64,000 bases of DNA from a virus (IMGVR_UViG_3300035182_002389:138519-202518); one strand, 5' to 3'. Counted from the first letter of the stretch, positions 7,944 through 16,708 are shown. Notes: a model not told the origin generated them from the sequence alone. Made by a program: numbers and translations.

Positions 7944-9098
7944 ATGAATCTCGACCAAAAGCTTCGCGTCCTCGTTGCTGGGGATTCCATCGTCGCGGGC
8001 TATCCGACGACCTCCGGGTTTCGCAAGAAGCTGCGCGAGTCGCTGCCGGAGAGCGTCGTCGAGTTCGTGGGGCCGAACGTCGACGCGGCCGGGCTCAGGC
8101 ACGGCGGCTATCATGGGCACCCATCAAAGAGCCTCGTCAAAAAGCTCCCAGAGCTGCTCGCTGATCGCCCCGACATCGCCATCATCATGGTGGGGGGCAA
8201 CGGCATCCCCGATACGACCCCCGAGGACGTGGGCCAAGAGGTTTCAGCCCTCGCCAAAGGTCTCGTCGACGGAGGCGTGCGCGTCGTCTACGTCTCGAAG
8301 ATTGCCGACGTCTCCCTCTTCAGCGAGCACGTGCGCGCCTACAACGAGCAGATCGCGCTTCAGTGCCTGCTGCCGAACGTGCACGTCATCGACATTGGCG
8401 GCGCAGTCGGTCCTGCCGATCGTGGATCGCCGTACTACGCTGACGACTGCCATCCGAACGAACTCGGATACGATCGCATGGCCGACGTTCCGCTCGCTCA
8501 GGTTTTCGGGCAAACCCCGCAGCCCATCACACGCGTTGGCGCGAGCGGTGAAAGCCCGACCTCACTCCTTCAGAGAGCCGACCAAGAACTGAAGTCTGCG
8601 TACCCCGAGATGACCTCGGAGATGCGCGCCGTCTTCATCAAGTCGTGCCACGAAATCACAGGCCTCGGCCAGTCGGGCGATTGGGCTCCGTTCGGTGTCG
8701 CGTCCAACAACGTCGGCGCCATCGTCTATCGCCCAGGCCACGACGCGACCTACTTCATGGGCCGCGACGGCGTGAAGTACGCGAAATACCCGACGCTCAA
8801 GGAAGGCCTTATCGCCGCTGTCGAAGCTTACGAGCACATCATCTCGCCCGACGTGCCCGAGCGACCGTCCTTTCGCCGTCCGGTGCTCACGCGCCCCTAC
8901 CCGGAAGCGACGGCGAACTTCAACCTGCACGGCGGCAAGCCCATCCTCCGCATCAGCGTTCGAGGTTCCTCGGACGCAGAGCCCACCGGCAACCCCTTCT
9001 CCTACGCCAACCTCGGCGTTCTCGTCATCGCAGGCGCCCTGTTCGCGGGCACGCTCGCGCTTCGACCCGGGCACAACGCGCCTCCGAGCCACCGATGA
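7944..9098 (+). CDS. SGNH/GDSL esterase fused to GH73-like glucosaminidase domain, C-terminal TM
   Basis: AGDS, VGGNG, DDCHP SGNH blocks; then HEITGLGQS..SNNVGAI..YAKYPTLKEG; TM LGVLVIAGALFAGTLALR. Confidence 0.7.
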   Translation: MNLDQKLRVLVAGDSIVAGYPTTSGFRKKLRESLPESVVEFVGPNVDAAGLRHGGYHGHPSKSLVKKLPELLADRPDIAIIMVGGNGIPDTTPEDVGQEVSALAKGLVDGGVRVVYVSKIADVSLFSEHVRAYNEQIALQCLLPNVHVIDIGGAVGPADRGSPYYADDCHPNELGYDRMADVPLAQVFGQTPQPITRVGASGESPTSLLQRADQELKSAYPEMTSEMRAVFIKSCHEITGLGQSGDWAPFGVASNNVGAIVYRPGHDATYFMGRDGVKYAKYPTLKEGLIAAVEAYEHIISPDVPERPSFRRPVLTRPYPEATANFNLHGGKPILRISVRGSSDAEPTGNPFSYANLGVLVIAGALFAGTLALRPGHNAPPSHR

Positions 9099-9415
9099 GC
9101 ACTGAGAGCTTGCGCGAGGTCTTCGCACGCGTGAAGCGCGAGAAAGCCGAACGCGAAGCGATCGTTCAAGCGTTCATCGCTCAGATCGGCGAGAGGCCCT
9201 TCTCCGTCGTCGTTCCTGCCCACGGCATATTTACGGACGACGTCACCTTCTACGTTCACCGGGACACACACGAGAAGTATCTCGGGCAGTGGCGCGTCAC
9301 TCGCTTCATCAACGGCGAGCCTTGGGGCCACTACACCCACGCATCCTACGCCGACGTGCTCCGTCAGGTTGTCGGCGAGTATCACGCCGATCTGCACAAA
9401 GCCAAACTGCGCTGA
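9095..9415 (+). CDS. Hypothetical protein (106 aa)
   Basis: ATGA overlap with upstream gene; GC3-biased codons. Confidence 0.65.
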   Translation: MSTESLREVFARVKREKAEREAIVQAFIAQIGERPFSVVVPAHGIFTDDVTFYVHRDTHEKYLGQWRVTRFINGEPWGHYTHASYADVLRQVVGEYHADLHKAKLR

Positions 9416-9501
9416 CATCTCCAACGAGCATGGAGATTTGACGGAGGCGTCTCTACGATGACCTCCGCCACGAGATTTCAACCAAGAACGAGAGAAACAC
9501 C

Positions 9502-10281
9502 ATGCACGACCCGAAGTCCCTTCTGCACGACCCGAGCCTCCTCCGACTCGGCAAGAAGGCCGTCCGCCACGACGACCGCACCCTGCAACTCGTCAAGTAT
9601 CTCGGCGCGGCCCTTCCGCCGGCTCCCGCGAGCCTCGTCTGGTCGACGAAGACCGACAACAAGTGGCCGATGTTCCTCAACGACTCGCTCGGCGACTGCA
9701 CGTGCGCCGCGGCCGGCCACATGGAGCAGCTCTGGAGCGCCGCCGGGATCAAGAACGAGATCACTGTCGCCGACGCCGACGTGCTCGCGATGTACGAAGG
9801 CGCTGCCGGGTACAACCCGAAGGATCCGTCGACCGATCAGGGAGCCGTCGAGCTGGACGTCCTGAAGTTCTGGCAGAAGACCGGCCTCGCGGGGCGCAAG
9901 ATCGGCCCGTACGCCTCGGTTTCGGTGCAGAGCAAGACCATCACGAAGGACGGCATCTACCTCTTCGGCGGCATCTACACCGGGTTCGCGCTGCCCGTCA
10001 GCGCGCAGTCGCAGGCCGTGTGGGACGTTCCCGCCCGCGGCGCCGTCGGACGCGGCGCGCCCGGGAGCTGGGGCGGCCACGCCGTGCCCGTCATCGACTA
10101 CGACACGCGCGGCCTCACGTGCGTGACCTGGGGTACGCTGAAGCGCATGACCTGGGCCTTCTACCAGACCTACTGCGACGAGGCGTACGCCATCCTCAGC
10201 CCGGACTTCCTGTCCGCCGGCAAGTCCCCCGCCGGGTTCGACGCGGCGACGCTCGCGGCCGACCTCGCGAAGCTTCACTGA
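9502..10281 (+). CDS. Papain-like (C1-type) cysteine peptidase
   Basis: NDSLGDCTCAAAGH catalytic Cys region; SWGGHAVPVIDYD catalytic His; VTWG. Confidence 0.8.
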   Translation: MHDPKSLLHDPSLLRLGKKAVRHDDRTLQLVKYLGAALPPAPASLVWSTKTDNKWPMFLNDSLGDCTCAAAGHMEQLWSAAGIKNEITVADADVLAMYEGAAGYNPKDPSTDQGAVELDVLKFWQKTGLAGRKIGPYASVSVQSKTITKDGIYLFGGIYTGFALPVSAQSQAVWDVPARGAVGRGAPGSWGGHAVPVIDYDTRGLTCVTWGTLKRMTWAFYQTYCDEAYAILSPDFLSAGKSPAGFDAATLAADLAKLH

Positions 10282-10308
10282 TCTCGCGAAGCTCCAACGA
10301 TTCCTAGA

Positions 10309-10342
10309 GCGGAGGGACTCGCTATCCCTCCGTTCGCCTTTT
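10309..10342 (+). terminator. Rho-independent terminator after peptidase
   Basis: GCGGAGGGA-loop-TCCCTCCGT followed by TCGCCTTTT. Confidence 0.65.
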
Positions 10343-10350
10343 GTGCTCTT

Positions 10351-10365
10351 GGCTTTTCACAAGCC
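10351..10365. promoter_or_regulatory. Palindromic operator copy 4, GGCTT-TTCAC-AAGCC, with embedded -35 (TTTTCA) 17 bp from TACGAT
   Basis: TACGAT at 10377-10382, 6 nt before ATG 10389. Confidence 0.8.
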
Positions 10366-10388
10366 AGTGTCCGGGGTACGATCTCTTC

Positions 10389-10901
10389 ATGGCCCGACGC
10401 AAGATGACGATCGAAGAGTTCTCCACCGAAGAGCGTCGCCGGCGCGACGCGAAGATCATGAGCCTTCGCGCGCAGCACGAAGCCCACGAGCGCGCGCACG
10501 AGAGCGTCCTCGGATCGCCTCGCTACCAGAAGCTTCGCGCGAAGGGCGGGAGCATCTCTGCCGAAGAGAGCGCGCGCATCTCCTCGATCGCACCCATGAG
10601 CAACGAGCAGCGCGGGGAGCTGGAGCTGGAGGAGATCCTCCGCGATCTGCCGAGCATGTTCGTCGCCTATGCAAAGGTCCACGGGCCGTCCAAGCACGAG
10701 TCGCGGCCCCAATCGGTCACGCTGACCACCTGGCCGGGTCAGGTCATCGCCGAAGGCGTCGCTGGGAGCATCTACAAGTCGCCGGGGTTCGGCGGTCCCA
10801 TCCGCCGACGTCAGGTCGTGGCCAAGATCCGCGGCGTCACCTACGTCGGCATCTGGTCGTTCGACAGCGCCGACGCGGTGCGGATGCGGCGGAGGGGCTG
10901 A
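10389..10901 (+). CDS. Phage-type hypothetical protein
   Basis: LTTWPGQVI..SPGFGG..RGVTYVG C-terminal module; likely leaderless. Confidence 0.65.
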   Translation: MARRKMTIEEFSTEERRRRDAKIMSLRAQHEAHERAHESVLGSPRYQKLRAKGGSISAEESARISSIAPMSNEQRGELELEEILRDLPSMFVAYAKVHGPSKHESRPQSVTLTTWPGQVIAEGVAGSIYKSPGFGGPIRRRQVVAKIRGVTYVGIWSFDSADAVRMRRRG

Positions 10902-11224
10902 TGGTCGGCATCCTCGCGCTCTTGCCCGCGAGCAAGCGGTACTACAGGGCTGGCGCGAGCCCCGGGTTCGCGCAGTCTTCTGCAACCACAGGGTTCTGCG
11001 CGCCGTGCATGCTCGCGCTCATTGCGGGCACCGACGCCGCCGTGCCTGCCGCGCCCGCTCCATCTGCGCCCGCGTCAGGGCCAAGCGCGCTCACCATCGT
11101 CGGCATCGCTGGCGCCGTCGGCCTCGTCGGGTTTCTTGCCTACGGCGCGCTCAACCCGCCGAGGAGCAACGAGTTCGATCGGCCGGGCCACGTTCGCGCC
11201 ATGCGCAACTCCTTCGATCGCTAA
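10901..11224 (+). CDS. Small membrane protein with CxxC
   Basis: TGATG coupling; FCAPC; TM LTIVGIAGAVGLVGFLAYGAL. Confidence 0.7.
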   Translation: MVGILALLPASKRYYRAGASPGFAQSSATTGFCAPCMLALIAGTDAAVPAAPAPSAPASGPSALTIVGIAGAVGLVGFLAYGALNPPRSNEFDRPGHVRAMRNSFDR

Positions 11225-11235
11225 CACGAGGACCC

Positions 11236-11574
11236 ATGCCCCACGACGACGACTTCATTCCTTCTTGGGCCGGCCGCACGAGCTACCGAGACATCGGCAA
11301 CGCGGAACGGCAATCAGCCAGGCTTCACGAGACGACGGACGCTCTCGTGAGACTCGATCCGTCGCTGACGCCGCGCATGGCCTACGTTCTATGCAGGGCC
11401 TACGCGGGCAGCATCAGCGGTGAAGATGCCGCAGACGATGCAAAGAGCGTCCTTGGCGCCGCGCGACGGAACAAGGCTCGCACCGAGAAGCTCCTCGACC
11501 AAGTCCGGCGCGAACCCATGTCCCTCGGTGGGCGGACGCCGAAGTCCAGCGTCGTTCGCCGCAAGAAGGCCTGA
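11236..11574 (+). CDS. Hypothetical protein (112 aa)
   Basis: GAGGA RBS before ATG 11236. Confidence 0.6.
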   Translation: MPHDDDFIPSWAGRTSYRDIGNAERQSARLHETTDALVRLDPSLTPRMAYVLCRAYAGSISGEDAADDAKSVLGAARRNKARTEKLLDQVRREPMSLGGRTPKSSVVRRKKA

Positions 11575-11576
11575 CC

Positions 11577-11765
11577 ATGCTCACCGTGCAGGGGCTCCTC
11601 GACGAGACCAAGCGCTATCGTGCAACCACGGCCACGGGCGCGACCATCGAAGAGGAGACCGCCAAGACGGCCATCTCCTCCGCTCTGCCGCTCATCGCTC
11701 TCGGAGGCCTGCTGCTCGTCGGTCTCTACGCGGCCAGCGCGCCGTCTGCGACCCGCCCACGCTGA
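11577..11765 (+). CDS. Small membrane protein
   Basis: ..ATGATIEE..; TM LPLIALGGLLLVGLYAA. Confidence 0.65.
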   Translation: MLTVQGLLDETKRYRATTATGATIEEETAKTAISSALPLIALGGLLLVGLYAASAPSATRPR

Positions 11766-11768
11766 TCG

Positions 11769-12347
11769 TCAAGGCGCATTGCGACGCGCCTCGAACGTAA
11801 TCAGGAGCTTGTCGAGCAGATCCTTCATGCGCTTGCGAAGGGCCCCTTCCTTGACGCCGAAGATGACCGCGATCTCCTTGTATTCGAGGCCATCGTCGAG
11901 ACGTAGGGTCAAGAGGTTGCGAGCGTCGTCGCTCAGCTCGCTCGCGATCTCACGGAGAAGCGCCACGTCGCGATGATGTTGAAGTCCCGTCCCCGGGCCT
12001 GCGAGGCTTCCGATCCAACGCTCGCTCGCGACGCCGGAGGTCGGCAAGGTGCGCCGACGCGCTCTCTTCGCCGACTCCGCCGAGTCGAGCGCCTTGTGAC
12101 GAGCGATGCCGCACAGCCACGAGTGCATCGTGCTCTGCCCCGCAAAACCGCCGATCTTTTCGGACGCCGCCGCGAACGTCACTTGCGCCACATCTCGGGC
12201 GCGCTGGTCGTCGCGCACGTAGCGCATCGCGAAGCGGACGATGCTCTTGTAGTAATGGCGGGCGGCAAGGTTCAACGCGCGATGTCGATCGCCCGCCTGA
12301 AGCGCCTGCCGAATCTGAGCCTCGACGGCCGCGATGTCTTCCGCCAT
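11769..12347 (-). CDS. ECF-family RNA polymerase sigma factor
   Basis: Region 2 (ARDVAQVTF..SWLCGIARHKALD) and region 4 (LSDDARNLLTLRLDDGLEYKEIAVIFGVKEGALRKR). Confidence 0.9.
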   Translation of the reverse strand: MAEDIAAVEAQIRQALQAGDRHRALNLAARHYYKSIVRFAMRYVRDDQRARDVAQVTFAAASEKIGGFAGQSTMHSWLCGIARHKALDSAESAKRARRRTLPTSGVASERWIGSLAGPGTGLQHHRDVALLREIASELSDDARNLLTLRLDDGLEYKEIAVIFGVKEGALRKRMKDLLDKLLITFEARRNAP

Positions 12348-12353
12348 GGCGTC

Positions 12354-12402
12354 AGCCTACTCCATCGACGATTGCGGAAGAAGAGAGAGGGCGTGCTACG
12401 AT
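12354..12402. promoter_or_regulatory. Divergent promoter pair: TAGGCT (- strand, 12359-12354) and TG-C-TACGAT (+ strand, 12397-12402)
   Basis: Each -10-like hexamer lies 6-7 nt before its ATG (12347 and 12410). Confidence 0.55.
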
Positions 12403-12409
12403 TGCCGCC

Positions 12410-12661
12410 ATGGCCTACCAGCGCCCCGCGCTCGCCGCTGCGTCTCGACACGTCGCCCCGCGCGCAGCCGTAGGAGGCATCGCCGATGCGGCGCCGCTCG
12501 GCGTTCCCGTTCCCATGTGGCTCATCGTCGCTGGCGGCGCCATCGGCGCCATCGGTGCAATCGAGCCTACCGCTGCGCCCTATCGAACGCCCGTTCTTCT
12601 CGCCGGTCTGCTCACTGCGTGCGCCGGCGCTGGCCTGACCGTCCTCAAGGGGTTCCAATGA
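12410..12661 (+). CDS. Small two-TM membrane protein with RPAL...VGG leader
   Basis: MAYQRPAL..AAVGG; two hydrophobic helices. Confidence 0.7.
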   Translation: MAYQRPALAAASRHVAPRAAVGGIADAAPLGVPVPMWLIVAGGAIGAIGAIEPTAAPYRTPVLLAGLLTACAGAGLTVLKGFQ

Positions 12662-12885
12662 ACTGCCGGCGTCCCGTGCTTGCCCGCATTTCTGGCGCTC
12701 CCGTCGTTCACACGGGCGGAACCTCGTCCGGCGTTCCTGCTACGGGACTCGCCGTCGCGGCAATGTTCGGAGGCATCAGCGTCCTCAGCGCTGCCAGCCT
12801 TCACGATCGGGCTACCGCCAACAGCCTCCTCTACCCGGTCGGCGGCGTTCTCGCTGTGGTCGGGGCCTTGAACCTGCTCTTCTGA
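12658..12885 (+). CDS. Small two-TM membrane protein with RPVL...TGG leader
   Basis: ATGA overlap; MNCRRPVL..HTGG; two helices. Confidence 0.7.
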   Translation: MNCRRPVLARISGAPVVHTGGTSSGVPATGLAVAAMFGGISVLSAASLHDRATANSLLYPVGGVLAVVGALNLLF

Positions 12886-12894
12886 GAGGCTTCC

Positions 12895-13134
12895 ATGAGC
12901 TACCAGCGACCCTCCCTCTGTTCTTCGCCTTCTCGGCCCGCCCTTGCGAGCGTTGGAGGTTCGGACACCTCTTCCGGCGCAAGCGAATGGATCCTCCCCG
13001 TACTGCTCGTCGGAGGGGGCGCTGCACTCTACATGGAGATGCGTCGAGAACGCGCAAAGGAAGAGGCGTCTGTTGTCCAGGGCAGGGCCTTCTACGCGAG
13101 TCGCCACCCTGAGAGGTCGCGCGCCGCGCGATAG
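12895..13134 (+). CDS. Small membrane protein, paralog of 13138
   Basis: RPSLC..SVGG; WILPVLLVGGGAALYMEMRRERAKEE..QGRAFY. Confidence 0.75.
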   Translation: MSYQRPSLCSSPSRPALASVGGSDTSSGASEWILPVLLVGGGAALYMEMRRERAKEEASVVQGRAFYASRHPERSRAAR

Positions 13135-13137
13135 ATC

Positions 13138-13686
13138 ATGGACTACCGTCGCCCCGCCCTCTGCTCTCGGCCCGATCTCGGGCCTGCGGCTACGCATGTC
13201 GGCGCAGACGTTCCTGCGACCTCAAGCCCGACGGGGTGGATACTGCCGGTCTTGATTCTTGGCGGAGGCGCCGCGCTCTACTTCGAGATGAAGAAGGAGC
13301 GCGCGAAAGAGGATTCGCAGACGGCGCAAGGGCGCGCCTTCTACGAGAAGCGTCGCTCTGAGAAAGAGCGCGAACGCGCCCTCCGAGAAGAGCGTTTTGG
13401 CCCCACCACTCCAAGGACCGGAGCTGCCTTTCACGGACCGAAGGCGCCATCCATCGCCGATCGTCCGATGACAACTGAGGAGGCCGCCAGGGTTCAGCGC
13501 GTGCTCCACCCTGTTCCGCCGCTTCGCCCGGACGCCTTGCCCGAGGTTCAACACGTACCCCGTGAGGCTCGGGAACGGGCCGGGTTCAAACCCCTGCACA
13601 TCGAGAAGATGCGCAAAGAGCTGGAGGCCCTCCGGCGCGAGTTCGGCCCTTCCACGGAAGGTCCGAAAACCGAGCGCAGGCCGTGA
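13138..13686 (+). CDS. Membrane protein, paralog of 12895 with C-terminal extension
   Basis: RPALC..HVGA; WILPVLILGGGAALYFEMKKERAKED..QGRAFY. Confidence 0.75.
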   Translation: MDYRRPALCSRPDLGPAATHVGADVPATSSPTGWILPVLILGGGAALYFEMKKERAKEDSQTAQGRAFYEKRRSEKERERALREERFGPTTPRTGAAFHGPKAPSIADRPMTTEEAARVQRVLHPVPPLRPDALPEVQHVPREARERAGFKPLHIEKMRKELEALRREFGPSTEGPKTERRP

Positions 13687-13711
13687 TTGTTTGCGCGTAG
13701 GAGCAGGGCCC

Positions 13712-13726
13712 GACTTACGCTAAGCT
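13712..13726. promoter_or_regulatory. Variant operator GACTT-ACGCT-AAGCT whose right half doubles as a -10 box (TAAGCT)
   Basis: One mismatch to consensus; 7 nt before ATG 13734. Confidence 0.6.
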
Positions 13727-13733
13727 GACTCGC

Positions 13734-14315
13734 ATGGCGTCTGTCCGCGGCCTGCTCGCACACAAGCCCCAAGCCCACGTTCCGCCGGCCAACGTCGGCG
13801 CACCTCTCCCGGCCGGACCTGCCCCCGCATCGAGCGGACCGAACCTGACGACTCTCCTCGTCATCGGCGTCGTCGGCGCAGGCGCGTACGTCTACTGGAA
13901 GAAAAAGAAGGAAGGCGAGAAGGCGGAAGCTAGCTATCGCAACCGCCAACCCGTCCAATACGACGCCTCCGTCGTTCGGACTCCGCACAGGCAGATGTCC
14001 GCCGTCGCCGGAACGAGCAAGAGCCCGGTTGGGTTCTTGGCACCGCCCTCGTCTGTCTCCGGGTCGACAGAGAGGGCCTCTCCGCGCCATACGGAGGGAG
14101 GCGTCATCTCTCGCGAGGCGTACTCCTACCCCGACGTGCCGCGTTTCCCCGACGCCCAAGCTTCGTCGTTCCGTTGGCGCCCACCCGTCGACCAGCCGCC
14201 CTCTACGGTTCCGGGAACTGAGCGAGACATGCCGCCCTTCACCGTCGTCTCGGGGGACGCTCCCTTCGCACCCGAGTCCATGAGCGAGTCTCTCTCCAAC
14301 CGCCGCAGCTTCTGA
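13734..14315 (+). CDS. Membrane protein with RGLL...VGA leader and Pro/Ser-rich tail
   Basis: TM LLVIGVVGAGAYVYWKKKK. Confidence 0.75.
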   Translation: MASVRGLLAHKPQAHVPPANVGAPLPAGPAPASSGPNLTTLLVIGVVGAGAYVYWKKKKEGEKAEASYRNRQPVQYDASVVRTPHRQMSAVAGTSKSPVGFLAPPSSVSGSTERASPRHTEGGVISREAYSYPDVPRFPDAQASSFRWRPPVDQPPSTVPGTERDMPPFTVVSGDAPFAPESMSESLSNRRSF

Positions 14316-14332
14316 GAGAACGGGGCTCGACG

Positions 14333-15055
14333 ATGGCGCAGAAGCAGTGGATCAATCTGCCGACCGGGCAGGTGCTCGTCGACGGCGTCGCCGTCACGCC
14401 CACCGATCCGCTACGCATCAAGCAGATTCAAAACGACGTCATCGAAAAGTGGGGCGTCGTATTCGCAAAGGCGGCAATCAAGACTGGCGTGCCGTGGTGC
14501 TGGCTCATCGGGTTCTGCGCGTCGGAGAGCTATCCTGTCGGCGATCCGAACAGCCTCTCTGGCATGGGCGCCATCGGGCTCATGCAGCTTTTGCCGAGCA
14601 ACTTTGCAAAATTCATGGGGCGCCCCGTGAGCCGCGCGGAGATGTTCAGCCCCGAGATCAACGCGTTCGTCGGCGCCTCCTTCATCGCGGACCTTCGCAA
14701 GCACAACGGCAACGATCTGGTCGCGACCGCCTCGATGTACAACGCGTGGATCGATCACAGCGACAAGTCGGGCCTCTACTACCCGAAGACGTGTGCCAAC
14801 CATCCGTGTTCAGACACGAGCTGGGGCCCCACGCCGAACGAGGCGATGTACGCGGAAGACAGCTACATCGAGAAGGTCGTGACCGCGACCAACTTCGCCT
14901 ACCCGCAGACGGCGCGGTTCATCGCCCAAGCTCAGACCGAAATCCAAACGTCCTCCACGGGACGCACACTCGCCATCGGCGCAGGATCGCTCCTGATCTG
15001 CGCCGGCGGCTATTTCGCCTACAAGCAATACGCCGCGAGGAAGAAGAACGCATGA
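14333..15055 (+). CDS. Lytic transglycosylase (SLT/GH23) with C-terminal membrane anchor
   Basis: ASES catalytic Glu, GAIGLMQL, PEINAFVGA, SMYNA; TM LAIGAGSLLICAGGYFAYK. Confidence 0.85.
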   Translation: MAQKQWINLPTGQVLVDGVAVTPTDPLRIKQIQNDVIEKWGVVFAKAAIKTGVPWCWLIGFCASESYPVGDPNSLSGMGAIGLMQLLPSNFAKFMGRPVSRAEMFSPEINAFVGASFIADLRKHNGNDLVATASMYNAWIDHSDKSGLYYPKTCANHPCSDTSWGPTPNEAMYAEDSYIEKVVTATNFAYPQTARFIAQAQTEIQTSSTGRTLAIGAGSLLICAGGYFAYKQYAARKKNA

Positions 15056-15462
15056 ACCTCCTCATCCTCGACGACGAGCCTGCACGCCACACATTCTACG
15101 AGACGCGTTACGGCAGGATGCACCACATCCGCCACGCAACTCGCTACCTCGATTTCGCAAAAGCGCTCGGGGAGCGCCGCTGGGACTACATCTTCCTCGA
15201 CCGCGATCTCGACAACCCCGAGTTCGCCCCGCGCCCCGATCGGTATCGCGGGCTTGACGGCGAAGTGCGCACGTACAACGGCGTCGACGCGGCCGTGCTC
15301 GTCGGCAAGCTGCCACGCCGTCTTCGCCCGCGCGGCGTGGTCGTCCAGTCCATCAACGAGGTCGGCTCGCACGACATCGCCGCCGTGCTCCAATCCTTCG
15401 GCGTTCGCTTCATTCGCGAGCCGTTCAACGAACTCGTCGAGCGCGTCGCCAAGACAGGGTGA
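15052..15462 (+). CDS. Stand-alone receiver-like domain (cyclic-phosphate-processing receiver type)
   Basis: LILDDE, YIFLDRDL, NGVDAA, VVQSINEVG match the LDHDL / HSxN pattern of that family. Confidence 0.7.
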   Translation: MNLLILDDEPARHTFYETRYGRMHHIRHATRYLDFAKALGERRWDYIFLDRDLDNPEFAPRPDRYRGLDGEVRTYNGVDAAVLVGKLPRRLRPRGVVVQSINEVGSHDIAAVLQSFGVRFIREPFNELVERVAKTG

Positions 15463-15467
15463 AGATC

Positions 15468-16079
15468 ATGAACAAGGAACTCCTGCTCGGAATCGGCGTC
15501 GGGAGCCTCATTGCTCTCTGCATCGTCGCAAAACGAAGCAGCGCAGCATCCTCGCTCACGCCTTTCAGCCCGCTCGCGAAGGGCTCCAAGATCCTCCTCG
15601 TCGGCGACTCGCTCGCTGTCGGTCTTCAGACTCGCCTCGGCGTCAACGCCAAGGACAACGGATACGCATTCGCTGCGGACGCCGTCGGTGGAACCAAGGC
15701 CGACCAATGGGCCCAGCGCATCGGCAGCGTTCTCGCGCGCGAGAGGCCTCAGCTCGTACTCGTCTCGCTCGGAACCAACGACGCGCTCAACGCTCCGGTC
15801 GAGAAGGAGGCGCCCGACGTCGCAAGCCTCGTCAAGCAGATCCGTGATGCGGGCGCCGTCCCCGTCTGGATCTTCCCCATCACGATGCCCTCGAACTTCA
15901 CGAACGGCCTCACCACGTTCCGGTCTCTCGTACGCTCCCAAGGCGTCGAGGCCCTCGACTCCTCCGTCGTGCTCATTCCGAGGCCAGCCGCCGATCCCAT
16001 CCATCCTGGAGGCGGCGGCTACGCCACCTGGGCCGACTGGATTTGGGGTACGCTGCAATCGCGCAACATCGTCTACTAG
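15468..16079 (+). CDS. N-anchored SGNH/GDSL hydrolase
   Basis: TM LLLGIGVGSLIALCIVAKR; VGDSL, SLGTND, DPIHP; alternative GTG at 15459. Confidence 0.85.
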   Translation: MNKELLLGIGVGSLIALCIVAKRSSAASSLTPFSPLAKGSKILLVGDSLAVGLQTRLGVNAKDNGYAFAADAVGGTKADQWAQRIGSVLARERPQLVLVSLGTNDALNAPVEKEAPDVASLVKQIRDAGAVPVWIFPITMPSNFTNGLTTFRSLVRSQGVEALDSSVVLIPRPAADPIHPGGGGYATWADWIWGTLQSRNIVY

Positions 16080-16097
16080 ACCCGCGGGAGTTCGCTC

Positions 16098-16706
16098 ATG
16101 TCGCACAGCCCCGTCCGCAACCAAATCTCCGCTGCCGATCCTGCTGCCCTCACCGCGTACGTGGGCAAGTTCCAAGCAGGCGATACGGCCTATGTCGCGT
16201 CTCCGTCCGCCGAGTTCATCTTCAGCGCTACCAACCCATACCCTGCCGGCGCTCTCAACCTCGCCTACGTCCTCGCCAGCGGCGGCGGCTTCTGGCTCCG
16301 AAACATGCCGAACGCTGCCACGTTCCTGTGCGACGCGATCTTGCCAGCGTCTCTCGCCGTGCCGGCATTGACGTACCTGACGCCCGGATATGGAGCGACC
16401 ACGGTCGATCCGCTTCCGTCTTCTGTTTCCCTCTTCGGCGTGATGCAGGCAACCAAGAGGACCGTCACGTCTCTCAGGGTTAGTCACGACTCCACCGCGG
16501 CAGAAGTCCCCACTATCCAGTACACCATCACGCTCAATGGCGCTCCCATCGTCACAACGGCGCTGTCTCTCGACGCCGGGATGGATGCTGGCGAAATCTA
16601 CTTCGGACCGCTTCCCGTCGTTCCTGGCGACGTCATCGGCGTTACGGCGCTTCCGACCGGCGTCGTCGTCAACACTCCGAGGTCCATCGTTGCCACGGTG
16701 AACTGA
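16098..16706 (+). CDS. Putative virion structural protein, beta-rich, shared N-terminal module
   Basis: MSHSPV..AALTAYVGKFQAGDTAYV matches N-terminus of 32670 and 42548. Confidence 0.6.
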   Translation: MSHSPVRNQISAADPAALTAYVGKFQAGDTAYVASPSAEFIFSATNPYPAGALNLAYVLASGGGFWLRNMPNAATFLCDAILPASLAVPALTYLTPGYGATTVDPLPSSVSLFGVMQATKRTVTSLRVSHDSTAAEVPTIQYTITLNGAPIVTTALSLDAGMDAGEIYFGPLPVVPGDVIGVTALPTGVVVNTPRSIVATVN

Positions 16707-16708
16707 AC

